Below are positions 39,585-52,819 of a stretch of DNA of 64,000 nucleotides, piece after piece. This stretch comes from the human T2T-CHM13v2.0 reference genome, Homo sapiens. Numbering within the stretch: the first letter of the stretch is position 1; every line of letters starts with the position of its first letter. The stretch lies in the NCBI RefSeq assembly GCF_009914755.1, contig NC_060927.1; one strand, 5' to 3'. Below the pieces are notes generated by a model. The model ran no database searches and was not told the DNA's origin. It worked only from the letters and a program-made list of their open reading frames with translations. A program made the translations under genes and the position numbers.

Positions 39585-39750
39585 CTCAAATTGTGATTCT
39601 CAGACCAGCAGCATCACCTAGGAATTTGTTAGAAACGCAAATGGTTGGCCCCACCCAGATCTAGTGGGTCAGAGACTCTGGGGGTGGAACCCAGTAAGCT
39701 GTGCCTTCAGAACCCCCAGGTGATCCTGATGCTCACCAAAGTCTGAGTCA
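39585..39750. mobile_element. MER5A (hAT-Charlie MITE); further MER5-like copies at ~7000-7135, ~28860-28975, ~38750-38880 and ~41650-41830
   Basis: CTCAAATTGTG...ACCAGCAGCATCACC...TTGTTAGAAACGCAAA...CCAGGTGATCCTGATGC. Confidence 0.7.
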
Positions 39751-39786
39751 CAAATGTGATGAAATCAAGGTTAGACCCTTAGAATT

Positions 39787-40152
<366 letters not shown>

Positions 40153-41277
40153 CTAAAAAAATCCAATCCTCAACGTGAGAATATTTAACATACGTTTTTG
40201 TTTTGCCTGTTAACAAATTAGTTCTCTGCAGTACCTACATGCCTATTGTGCTTCCCTTGGTCATAACCACATCATGAGAAGAGTATCCCCCGCCCTGAAC
40301 ACTTGCGGTATTCGTTATTCATCAGAAGGCTGTATCTGTTATACTGCCAGAGGATCTTTCTTCTCACCCTCATCCATACTTCCCTCATCTCCACATCTCT
40401 AGGATTCTCAAAAGTTGTCAGTTCAGGAATTGTGGAAGTGGAAGGCTCCATCAATGAAAGAAGAATCAGGATGGATTTAGCTGTAAGCCAGAGAGTTTAA
40501 CCTGATGATTTCACCATATCCTGTGTATTGTTGGAAAACTTGGTACCCTCAGTGATGCAACTGTGTGTACATTAAGTAGTCTAAGGAGAAGAAAGTCTTT
40601 GTTCCAATTATGTACCTGTAATATGAATTTTCATCTTCTTTACCTGCCATCGCAGCTCAGCTCTACCACTTTCTGTTTTCATGGCCTTGGGCAAATCTCT
40701 TAACCTCTCTTAAGACCCAGTTTTCACATTGCAATATTAAGTATCATGACAGTGCCTATTTCATAGGATCACTGTGAGGATGGAATAAGATAGTACATTA
40801 AGGGGTATTCTAACACTTGATCAATCTTAATTGCTAGAAGTGATAAACCGTTTTTAAAAGACAATTCAGCAGAGTACGTTCAGAGGAAGCCATGGCATTT
40901 GCCATACTAATTCTTCCCCCAAAGCATGGCATTCTAGCTCATAAGAATATTCAATAAGATTTTATAAATAACATGTATCCAATTTAAGGATTTTAGTTAG
41001 AAAATAAGTTGGTGTATAGGCAACATATATCCATTCTCTATTTATGGAACACATACTATTTACTACAGTGTGCATAGTAGGAAAATGAGTTTTTTTGGTC
41101 AATTTAAAATGGATAACTCATCAATTGTTCTCATTAAAGAGAAGGTGATTGTAAAAGCCTTCTTTTTTTGTTTTAAACTGATGGACTTTACTTGCATTTT
41201 GGTCTTGTTTTAAATTTTCACCTCCATTTTGACAGTGCAATGGGTTTTGAAATGAATTTTGAGAGGATAATACTCAC

Positions 41278-41390
41278 CTCCAAATCCAGGTCTCATTGCG
41301 AAATCGTTGTCCTCTATATGGAGAAGTTGCTCATATTTCTGAGGCCGCGCTTTGGTACTGTCATCTTTCTTCATTCTAGTTTCTTGTTTG
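41278..41390 (-). CDS. GABRR3: GABRR3 coding exon 2
   Basis: Acceptor TTTTTTCCCTTTGGGGGAACAG|, donor G|GTGAGT, 113 nt. Encodes (C)KQETRMKKDDSTKARPQKYEQLLHIEDNDFAMRPGFG, with the rho-family DF.MRPGFG motif. Confidence 0.95.
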
Positions 41391-42313
41391 CTGTTCCCCC
41401 AAAGGGAAAAAAAAAACTTCTGAGATACATATGCTTCTGGATATTTTGATTTAGGTTAGCCATCTGTGCTCAACATAGCATGTTCTGAAATACATACATA
41501 AAAGCTCATTTTCTCAGTTCATATTAAGCCAAAGAGCTGTCAACATTTGTTCTTTATTATATAAGTGTGGAGCAAATAAGGTAAACCAAATTTTGGAGCA
41601 CCTTAAGTGACAAACTCAGTTGGATTTAATGCACAAACTCATATTGTTTCTCAGAATACGGTTTTTAGACCTGGAAAATCCCAATTACCTGAGTGGAGGT
41701 GATCAAAACTCAGATTCATGGACTCCTGTCCCAGATCAACTAAATCAGTCCCCTAGGAAGCAGGGCCTAGTAATCTGCACCTGAACAAGCTACCTAGGTG
41801 ATCCTTGGGGTCACTGGGGCTGAACAATCTCTGCACGAAGACAGCGAGAAAACGAAAGGACCGCAAGATTGTAAACAGATTAAGGCAGTGTTCTACAAAG
41901 ACAAAATGAGCAGAAAATACAGGGTGCAGGCTGAGAGCGCACCAGGCAGAATTCCCATCCGGGGTTCTAGAGCCTGAGGGATGGCAATATTTATGCCTGA
42001 AGCCAGGTCAAATTGTGAAGTAGGTGATGTCTGTTTTTACCTACAGTTCTCTAGGACGAAGGAAAGCAGGCAGTGGCCTCTTGGCCCTAGGTGTCCTGAC
42101 TGGGAATAAGGCCCTGTCTCTCCCTGTGTCGGTGAGCTTGAGCAGGTTGCTGGACCTCCCTGATTTGTTTTCTGCCCTGTGACACCTACTTCTCAGTGAT
42201 ACTGTGGGTGTGGAGGGGAAATGTCTGTTTTAGCATAGCTCCTTTGTGAGCAACTTGCAGCAGCCTTCAGCCGGAGACCTTGCTCAGCACCTCCTTCCAG
42301 AAAAAGGTGGCTG

Positions 42314-42332
42314 TCATCATCATCATCATTAG

Positions 42333-42369
<37 letters not shown>
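42314..42369. repeat. Interrupted (CAT/ATG)n trinucleotide repeat
   Basis: About 5 units, a TTAG interruption, then about 12 units. Confidence 0.93.
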
Positions 42370-43439
42370 GTGGGCAGCAGGAGCAATAACGCAAGACCCT
42401 GAGGGCTCTACTAAGTGGATCCTAGTCATTCTGAATAGCTAATATGCTTTTGTATTAATACAAAATATTAATTCACATCGGAAACCAATGTGAATTTTAA
42501 TATAAGACATGTAGGTGAACTTTCTTACACAATAAAGTGACTTCGATGGGGAGAATTTCAGAATCTGGAGCAGCTGCTAAAAGGAATACATCTTATGGGC
42601 ACCTGAGATCACCCAGTGTGGTCTTTCAATAGGGAAGTTTCTGGCTGAAACCATCAGAGGTTTACAGATGTGTAGTTTATCATTGATAGAAATGCAGAAG
42701 TTGGGAAAAGAAATCTGTTTTTGGTAGAAGGCAATGAGTTTTATTTTAAACATGTTAAGCCATTATATCCTATGAATAATTGAACACATACAACTAGTTT
42801 TTCCAAGGAGCTAGAATTAACTAGAAAAGTTTTTTCAAGGAGCTAGAATGAACTATTTATTAAAAAAAAATAGCAGCTAGCTTTTATTAAATGTCTACTA
42901 TGTTCAAGTCACCAAGCCAAAGTAAACATTATTTTCATTGGCATACATCCAAATTATGCTCTGTTTGGGCCCTATGCCTAGAGCTTCTGTTTCAATAGGT
43001 TTGGGGTATGACAATTTGCATGTATAACAATTTCTCAAGAGATCCACCGGCCTAGAAAATAGTAGACATTTAATAAATCTAACTACTTGTTACTATTTTA
43101 AGAAAAATGGAAATGTAACTATGAGTGAAAACTCATGAAAATTTGTAAACCTCTTTGGTAATAATCTTTTAATACAGCTAAATGGCATGTCACTAATGTG
43201 TGTGCTCAGAAGCATACCTCTCCATGAGATTGAAAAGGATAAATCTTAATTAAGAATCCCAAGAATGCTTAAGACAGAGCCCACTGTGAAATGCTCTCTT
43301 GGCAGCGTGCGAAAGCACCTGCACCTGTTCTAACTTGAGGGCTCTTCAGGTGCACAATGAGATGTTCCATATTTATCTACTTTTGCCTTTTTTTGTATTT
43401 TTTATACCTTCTATTTCCCAAAAAGGATCTGTTGCTTAA

Positions 43440-44562
43440 ATACGCTTTTAAAGAATTTTGAAAATCTATATATTCCCCTCACATATATTTAAATAGACAT
43501 TTACATTTCTTCATCATAAATTTTGAAATTACTCAAATATTGATGATTTCAGATAAAACATATTGTTCCTTTAAGTGTATCCAGTGAATCTAAATATACA
43601 CATTATGCATTTAAAGATACCTGAACAAGCTTTTTAAAAATCAGAAATTTTATATCATTCTTTTTTTAAAAAAAACTACTATCTCCATTTTATTTACTTC
43701 ATATAATTTTATCACTCCATCATGTATCTTTGTAAGAAAAATGTGTAAGCATAGAAATTAACTTTTTTATTTTCTATAATAATTATGAATGGAATAAAAC
43801 AATTTGTTTAAATATTGATACTTATTAAAATTAAGAATAAAATTTTATTAAAATTGTATTTATTAATGAACTGATGATTCACTTTCTCCAATTATTCTAT
43901 GTATCGGCAAATGGGTATTACTCATTGCTGGAATAAAACTCGGTTTTTGCATTAATTCTGTTCTTATTTTTTAATCTTTATAGATGGAAATATTGAGAAA
44001 GTTTGTTCATATATGTGGAAGTACATGGAATTTGAAGAAATTTTGTTTCAGTATTCTTTTAACAAAGCAACTTAATTACTTAAACTCCTTACTTACTTTT
44101 CAAAACTCACACTGTAGAATTTATCTTCAACAATCAGTTTAATTATTTATAACCTGACAAATTAATTAGGTTCTTCCTTCAATTTTGTTAAAAGCAAAAA
44201 ATAGAGAATTGCCATTAAGAAAAGTACAGCATCATCCGCTATCTCAACAACAATATTTGTAATGATCTCTTTGTACCCAGGAACTTTTTACACGCTGGGG
44301 CAATACTCGTAGGATTCAGGAAGAGGGAGAGGGATGCCTGTATATTGCCAGGTGGGACAGAGCAATCATTAAAAGGAGGTAATAAAGGACACTGCAGGTG
44401 GTGAGTAGATCAGTTTTAAGAAAGAGGTCAGAGGGAAGTTAAAGATCCAAAAACTGTTTTAAAACTATTCATGTCTACATGCCCCTCAGATACCTTGCAT
44501 CTACCCTTAGAGGTATAATACATTGTACCCCAGGAGGATAGACACCCTGGTTTGAAGGCCTC
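43440..44562 (-). mobile_element. hAT-Charlie fossil with a decayed transposase C-terminal (dimerisation-domain) remnant
   Basis: Minus strand ~43860-44050 resembles a frameshifted 'STY.CE..FS...IK.KNRI' hAT motif. Charlie-like end GGTTTGAAGGCCTCTG. Boundaries approximate. Confidence 0.5.
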
Positions 44563-45553
44563 TGATGCATACATAGGAAGGTAAATAAAATGAAGGATGA
44601 AATAAAACCAAGGAGACAGAAGGAAATTTGCTTAATAAAGGATCACTATATCATGGAGCATCAGATTTATCTCAGAGTGTTCTAGTCTTATTCTATACAC
44701 ATACCACTTTAAATCCCTTTGTGTCTTCTCCCCTCTCCCCCATTCTAGAAAAAAAAAATGATTTCAGTTTAGCCGCTACTGAGAAGAAGCTTTTGGATTT
44801 CTTCTGTCTGAGGAGAGGATCTTCTAGGAGTCTGAGTCCTGATGGGATCAGGCAAAGAAATCTCAATTCGTGGGAGAGCCTCTCACTGGCATTCCTAATT
44901 TTTGTCCTTTCCCACAAAGTATTATGAAGATTGAGAAACAGTAGGCGTGAGTCTTGGTAATAGGTGTGGTTTTTCTCTTTGAATTGGGGCCTCTTCCTTC
45001 CTGGGTCACACAAAGAAAACATATTTCTATGCTCCCTCTTCTCAGTGTCAGAAACTCTACTGTAATTGTGTGACAAAGAAAGCAGAGGTCTGGGAGGAGG
45101 GAAAGGCTTGATTCTGAGTGGTCTCAGGGGGACTAAGAGGGTCTTTGAGGAGGACATAGTAGTCAAAGGATTAAAAACTAGAACTGATTGAGGAAAAGGA
45201 AATGCACCTAACTCATTCTGCGGCATTGGAGTTTTATAAGTGGAATGATAAAAAATCATCTGACTTGAGTCACACACACTCGGTTGGCTGCCTTATAAAA
45301 CTGCTTTCCCTGGAGCCTGGAGGCCTACATATTTGATGAGTTAACTAGAATCAGAATTTGAAAAGAACTAGGTCTGACACGAAGAGACTAGTTACCCAAG
45401 GGAGGACATAATTAATAAGCAAATTTAAAAGTATTTAATTGAGGGGGTCAAGAGTGTGATACCAATTGAAGCCATAACTGTCATTTTATATCTATTAAAT
45501 TAGCAAAAGACAAAAAATAATGTTAGTGCCCCATGCTGTGAAGGATATGATGA

Positions 45554-45914
<361 letters not shown>

Positions 45915-47168
45915 TCATCTCAAGAACTATAAAAATATTTCATGTGCTTTACTCAATTATACAATTCCAGAAAAATCATAATTTTCTCGGTAAAGAAAAA
46001 AATAAAATGTGTGAAAACATTTATTGCTGTTACTTATAATAGTGCAAACTTGAAAATAAATGTTCAGAAACAAAGGAGATAATTCTTGTCCTTTAATTCA
46101 AATTAATAATATGGAGTGATTAAAATACCATTATGGTGTCTATGAAGCAATGTGAGAAATGCTTAAGTGAAGAAAATACAAAATGGTTTCTATGCTATGA
46201 TTTTAAACATGGAAAAATCATGTAGTTTCATGAATCAGGATTAGACGTGAGCTTGGAAAAACAAAAGCATAACTGGATTCTAGGTATCTTTTTCCACATA
46301 AAAATCCATTATTGCTATTGTTATTTGTATCATAAATTATCTAGAAAAAATTGAACTTGCCATTTATAATCCTTTCCAAATAAGAATCTGGTCAAAACTC
46401 TCCACCTTATCACTCCATTCTCCTTGTCATTCTAGAAGCATGGCCTCTTGATAACATGGACGTTTTTCTCAGTCAAGCTTTACTGTGAACCAGTGCACAC
46501 TGAAACTCAGCTAACTGTTCCAAATAATGTAGGCAAAATTTTAAAAACTTTTTGTAGGCTTATTATTTTTCTTTAGAAAAATACAAAATGAAGCAAAAAT
46601 GTTCTATTAGGCTATATACATGGATGCAAATCCAAGGAATAAGGTAAAGTAGTGGGAAAATCAATTGGTCCAATTTTTCATCACGAAGAAAACCTTCATA
46701 ATTCTTGATCCAATCTTTATTTCCAGGCTCTGGATGTTTTTGAAAAGTCTTAGAGAAAACGTGGTACATCAGATGTAGTGAATCTTATGGCTCTGATTGA
46801 ACTCCTAACTTCTGAACTCTGGAAATACATACCTGACTTTTTCAATAGCCTGTCTCTTGCAAAGGAAAAAATCTAGGCAGATGAACATTTCTGTGGAAAA
46901 GCCAGCCAGAGAGAATGCTTCACTTGAAACACGACAGTTCCCACATCTCACTTGGGTCTCTGTCACATCACAAGCTCAGTGAGGAGGCCTCAGTTTCCTC
47001 ATCTGTGAAATGAGGAAATTAGACCAGATTAGCAGCTAGTCTGCAGACATTTTTAAAAAATGGTTCACGTGGTACATTAACTTGGAAAAATTCAGAGAAA
47101 AGCTTGGATTTCTTGCTTCTTTTGAAAAAAATCAGAAAATCTGGCCACACGAGGCTCAAGTTCTCTTA

Positions 47169-47497
<329 letters not shown>

Positions 47498-47644
47498 AAC
47501 AAGAGAAGGCTGAACCTGACCAGCCAGTTTCCCTCAGAGGAGCATATACCTTGTAGTTGTAGTCTCTGCCACTCTCTTCTGTCTTGCTTGCAGTAGCATT
47601 GGATTTGCCATGCCTGAGAACCTACTGGCTTTTACATTAGGTTC

Positions 47645-48095
47645 AGGGTAATGTTTAACAAGTGACTCTTTAGGAAAAAAAGCCCCAGTTTATAGTAGTG
47701 TTTTATTTCCATGGTGTAAATACTTCCACCATGGCTGATTTCAGGCTACCAACAACATGCATGGCAGAGATGTGTCTAGCACATAGTATAGTATAGTATA
47801 GTATAGTATAGTATAGTATAGTATAGTATAGTAATGGTATATTGTAGTATTTCTACAATACAGTTACAATAGACCTAAATAACCTCAAGAGCAACAGATG
47901 ATAAAGTGTGGAGAAATCATTGGGAAGTGGTGAGTTTTAAGTATTTGCTACCTTTATTTTAGAAAGTATTTAATTTAATTGCAGGCTTATATAATTTATT
48001 TTTTAATAATGTGTGCTTTTAACAGCCAGCTGATAAATTTCCTGAAAATGATTGGCTGTTGCAAGCCAGACTGAGCAGACTCCAGCACTCTGCTG
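47645..48095. mobile_element. MER63-type (hAT-Blackjack) fossil containing (ATAGT)10
   Basis: TTTCCATGGTGTAAATACTTCCACCATGGCTGATTTCAGGCTACCAAC resembles MER63. Perfect pentamer run at 47783-47832. Confidence 0.55.
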
Positions 48096-50571
48096 ATTAT
48101 TTTCAAGGCCAGAGTCAATACGTTGCTCTTATAGCATTTTTAGCCCCAACCCAGCACTTGCATGTAAATATCACTCAGTGTAATTGTTGAAAGAATGAAT
48201 AAATATTCAGTGAGTCTATTTGCTTAATCCTCTTTGCATCATCCAGGAGTAAAATTTCTTCTCTAGGTAAAAGGGGAACATTTTCCACCTGCCATAACTT
48301 ACTTTATTCACACCTCTCCCTACTTTGTTTTTAGGAAACAAAAGATATGTTTGAATACATATTTTTTTAAAGTCTTTAGGTTTTGAAAGAAGGGAATCTC
48401 TGGATTAAAAAGTGAGGTTATATTCTGAATGAAAACAACTAAAAGCAAAACATTTAAGAGCCTTATTGTATAAAAACTGGCCCCAAACAATGCATATATA
48501 AATCCCCCTTATAATTTTCAAAGATCATGTCTTCCTTTCGTGTTCACTCTATTAGTTCTTTTGCATTATAGAAGAGTGGATTATTCATTAATTCATTCAT
48601 TACTTAATTATTGGCTGATAATCAGGTCGGGTGCTGGGCAAAGAACCTCACAGTATCTATTCACATACTAAGGTAGGAAGACTCCTGGGCCTCTTACTCT
48701 AAAAATGACTCTATACAGTAATTACTGTATTTTGGTCAAATGCCCTAAAATCTGCATGACAGAGTGCTTGAATGACAGCTCAGAAATTGGCTGGCTGTGT
48801 TACTCTGTTCACTCAGGGAAAATGCCTGGGTTTCATTCTAAGTGGCTACTTCTGGACCAGTGTGATGGTTTATGCAATCTCCAGTGCCCTGGAGGGTGTT
48901 TCTTTGAAGAACAAAAGAAGCAGATATAAATTTTAATGAATCCCATTCTGGCTTGTGACTCAAAGGAGCACTTCATTTAGGAATATAGAAGTGACAACAA
49001 ATATGATTGGCCCCACATGGCCGAAATCCTGGCGTTTCCTACGGGGGAAGTCTGCTTTTGCGTAGGCTCTAAAATTCTTCTTTTCCTTTACATAGGATCT
49101 AAAAATGAGGCATTTAACATCAGAAAAAATTTCTACCTCACCACAAAGAACCAATGTTCTTTTCTTTTTCTTTAAATGTCACCTAAAAAATATACATGGT
49201 AGATTTTTTCTGTAGCAACTCTGCCACTGATAGTGGGTTGGTGTGATGAATTAGCTACTATAGTCATCTCTCTTCTCCTCATCTAAACATCCACCAGACT
49301 GTACAAGTCTACTCTATGGATGACAGATAATATTTTAAGCAGTGTCCATTGATTTTTAAAATTAGATAAAACATACTATAAAACGTAATAAGCTATATGA
49401 AAAAAAATAGAGTCTGGTGGTACACTCTTACATTTCCCAAATATTTCCTTAGCTAATTGCTATGACGAAGACTGGGAAAGTGGTTAAATGGAACAAGACT
49501 TCATATCATCTCAGGTCTGGGTCTGGGAGCAGAAGCATGGAAGGGAAGTGTGAGCAGTAGTCCCTGATTTTTAATCGCAGTGCAGGAATCAGTAATCTAG
49601 TAACACACTTCTTTTGGTTTTGGTCATTAAACCTGAGACTTCAGAAGATATTTATCAAAATTTTATGTTCTCTTTCCTGATCTTACAGTGAATGCATAAT
49701 ACATATTTAGGATGTGAGAGCAATCTAGCTTAAACATCTGTCACCCCATTGGCTGCCAGTGTTGACCAGATGATACTCTTCATTCCTCAATTTCTCCTTT
49801 TGGGTCTTTTTGGAAATATGGTGCTTGGTGAAAAGAGAACTCTTTCTCAAAGACATTATTTGATTATTAAAGGTATATGGGTAGTAGGGTGACAAATCAT
49901 TCCAGTATGCCTGGGGCTGAAGGGATTCCTGGCATTTTTAGTACTAAAACCTATAAAGCCCTAGGCAAATTGGTGTATAAAGAGGTCACTCTCACAGATA
50001 GCTATCTCCCTTACTAGCACGTCCAAACATGCTCCTGATTATTGATGGGAAGATAATAATGATGATGTCTTGATATTCATGATTTGTCAAACGTATGAAA
50101 ATTATTCTTGAAAGACAAATGGCTTTAATGCCTTTTGATACTATTTCATCAATCCATGAAACTATATACCCTAGAAATACTTGACATTAAATGAAGTTGG
50201 TGCTTAGACTAATTTCTACTCAAAATAAATTTGAAGAAACATTAAACAAGTATTTAATGTATTAGTAATAAATGTACTACTAATTGAAGAAATACATTCT
50301 CTGAAAGAGGATCCTTACATGAACCCTTTAACTGTTTTCTCCCAAATAAGCATAAATAAATTTACAAATGTCAGCAAATTCCAAGATATTGCTCTTTCGG
50401 ATGTCAAACAGAGGTGATTTATGATGATGCATGAATGCTATCTCTAGAGACAGACATGGTTACAAAGATGTGCTACCATTAAAGATACGTTTCCAGGTTT
50501 CCTGTAGGTCTGAGACAACTGTTGAGAGAAACTGGGCAGTAATTCCATGGACTGCACTATGAGCATCTTAC

Positions 50572-50696
50572 CAGGTTTGTTTCATTGAAGAGGAGCACCG
50601 CTGGTGTGTCATCTTGATGTTAGAAGCAGCACAAACATTTGGTTTCAATATGATCCAGATGTAGGTGAAGGAGACTAACTGGAAAGCCAGGACCAT
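50572..50696 (-). CDS. GABRR3: GABA-A receptor rho3, coding exon 1 (signal peptide; M1-T41 + 2 nt of C42)
   Basis: Minus strand reads ATG GTC CTG GCT TTC... = MVLAFQLVSFTYIWIILKPNVCAASNIKMTHQRCSSSMKQT. Hydrophobic signal peptide, donor TG|GTAAGA, 125 nt, phase matches exon 2. Confidence 0.95.
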
Positions 50697-50884
50697 CTCT
50701 TCCAAAACAAAAAAACAGAAAGGATGCAGGTGAACGCAACCAATACTGTGATCACAGTTTCTTCTTCATGTGTCTTTTAAAAAACAAACAGCATGTCAGG
50801 GGAAATGCATTAGGGGAAAAAGAAAGACATTGTCTTCAATGCTGCACTTTGTTTTAGCAGATTAAATTGACTCACAGCACTTAC

Positions 50885-51030
50885 AGGCAAATATCTACCT
50901 GGATCTTCAGCAATTTGAGGAAAACAAAGCAGATTTTTAAAATTTTCAGTTTACATCCTTTGGTCCCTTTTTCCGGGGAAGGTTTTTAGTGTGATGCTCA
51001 ATCCATACTCAGTAAACCCTCAGCGGCAGT
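50885..51030 (-). other. GABRR3: Probable non-coding first exon (5' UTR) of GABRR3; 5' boundary approximate
   Basis: The ATG is directly preceded by a polypyrimidine tract and AG (CCTTTCTGTTTTTTTGTTTTGGAAG|AG|ATG). Consensus donors GTAAGT (50884) and GTGAGT (50875) lie ~180 nt upstream. The TSS is inferred only. Confidence 0.6.
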
Positions 51031-51053
51031 CCTAGGCAAACAAAGAAGTGAGG

Positions 51054-51560
51054 TTAAGCATTAATCCTCTTAATCCAATGCAATATCATTTAAATATACT
51101 TAGTGACTCAGCAAAATAATATGCTTATTGAGAAAAAAAGATGATTAATTTAATCTTAATTACACGTTTGAAGACCTTTTCCATTATCTTATGGCTCCTT
51201 TTAATCCAGAAAGAATCTTTTCCTCCCCAAATGCCATACAGACTGCCTTAGCATGAACACAAAATAAAATTATTTTTTTTAAGGTAAATAATCATATTTT
51301 AAGATGATGGTTTATTTCATTGATAACAAAAGTGGTTTAATTTAAGGTTTATTTAATAGCAAGCAACCCAGTTAATAAAAATGAACTTAATCCTGGTCAG
51401 TGTGCAAAGCACACACTGTCACTGTTAAATTATAGCCACACACTCTCCTAAAGGTGCTTTGCATACTTAGAGAAAATATTTAAGAAAATATTTCTACTTC
51501 ACATATGCAAAGCACCAATAAATGGTCATGTCATTGAAATTAATCTTCTTCAACTGGAAT
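51054..51560 (-). promoter_or_regulatory. Putative GABRR3 proximal promoter with OTX2/CRX sites and a Maf/NRL-type element
   Basis: TAATCC at 51062, 51071, 51202 and 51388. TAATCT at 51151 and 51541. TGCTGAGTCA with AT-rich flank (minus strand, 51104-51120). TATA-like TATATTTAAA at ~51089-51098. No recognisable TE in the region. Confidence 0.6.
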
Positions 51561-51799
51561 AGCACAAGGTGAGCAACACAGCAACGGTTGACCTTTTTAC
51601 TAGGACTTAGGAAGAAAGCCATTTTCTTCCCAGAAATATAGTGTTGTGAGAGAAATTCTTAAATTTCCTCAAATTGATTTGTGTCCTTGACACCTTCTAT
51701 TTTGTGTAATTGCTTAATCATACTTATTTCTTTTGGTTTGGGTTATGGCTTCTTTTAGCCCATGCATTAAAACCTTCTCCTATGTTTCTTAAGCATGTC

Positions 51800-52530
51800 T
51801 TTTCTCTTTAAAATATATTTTAATATAAAAGATTACAAATATACAGAATGATGTAATAAATCCTTGCTTCTCTTCTTAGGCTCGATTTAGTGTTTATAAT
51901 CATATGCAGTTATACTATTATTGTATATGTATGTATCTATAAATAATGTACAAACTTCTGCATGTTTTAAAACTTTATATAAGTGGTGTCATATTCTACT
52001 TTTACTACTAAAAGCTACTTTTTCTTTCAACTTAATGCTTAGGGATTTATTATGTTGATAAATGTGCCTCTAGTTAATTCATTTTAACTGCTATATGGCA
52101 CTTCAGTATGGATGCATAACATTGCATTTATTCGCATTTTTGTTGATGGGCATTGTTTCTTATTTTTCTATTATAAACAATCCTGCAATAAATTCTTATA
52201 AATATTTTCTTGTACACATGTGTAAGTGTTTCTTTAGGATAAATACCTAAAAGTAAAATGGCTAAGACAAATAATTTTCACACCTTCAAATTTACTAAGC
52301 ACAATCATATTGCTCATCAAAGTGCTTGTACCAATTTACTTCCCCACTAGCAGTGAATGAGAGTTCTTATTTCTTAAAATATTTTTTAACATTGGTATTA
52401 TCAGACTTTTAAATGTTAAGTAATTCAATCAGTATTGTAATTTTAATTTCTGTAATGTTTAGAAACGTTGAAGCATTTTCTTCAGGTATTTCGGAGCCAG
52501 TAAGCCTTCTTTGAAGAGCCAATGGAAGAA
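51800..52530 (-). mobile_element. Old L1ME-type fragment
   Basis: TTGTACCAATTTACTTCCCCACTAGCAGTGAATGAGAGTTC and neighbouring blocks are reverse-strand L1 3' region. Confidence 0.65.
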
Positions 52531-52819
52531 ATGTAGGAAAAGTTGCCCATCTTAAGCTACTGTCACTTTGGTTGTTGGAAGACCGCACTGTGGTCAAAGT
52601 TTGTTTCAGTACATTCCACCTCAGTGCTCTTACGAGATCCAGGGCACCAACCCCTCGGCCCTAGCACTATCTATTACCTCGTCCCCTCTTCACTTAGTAA
52701 GCAACATCTACACTAACATTTCCCAAAGTATTTCTTGGCTACACTGAAGGCATTTTGTGAAAAATTGTTATGTACTAAATGAGTTTGGGAAACATTATAC
52801 ATTTTATTACTCTGTTAGG

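Noticed and set aside
42193-42429. Poly-Asp ORF
   Set aside because: Translation of the intronic (GAT)n microsatellite. I found no exon support.
44693-45277. 194-aa minus-strand ORF in intron 1
   Set aside because: No recognisable domain or coding-like composition, and ORFs of this length arise by chance in 64 kb. PhyloCSF would settle it.
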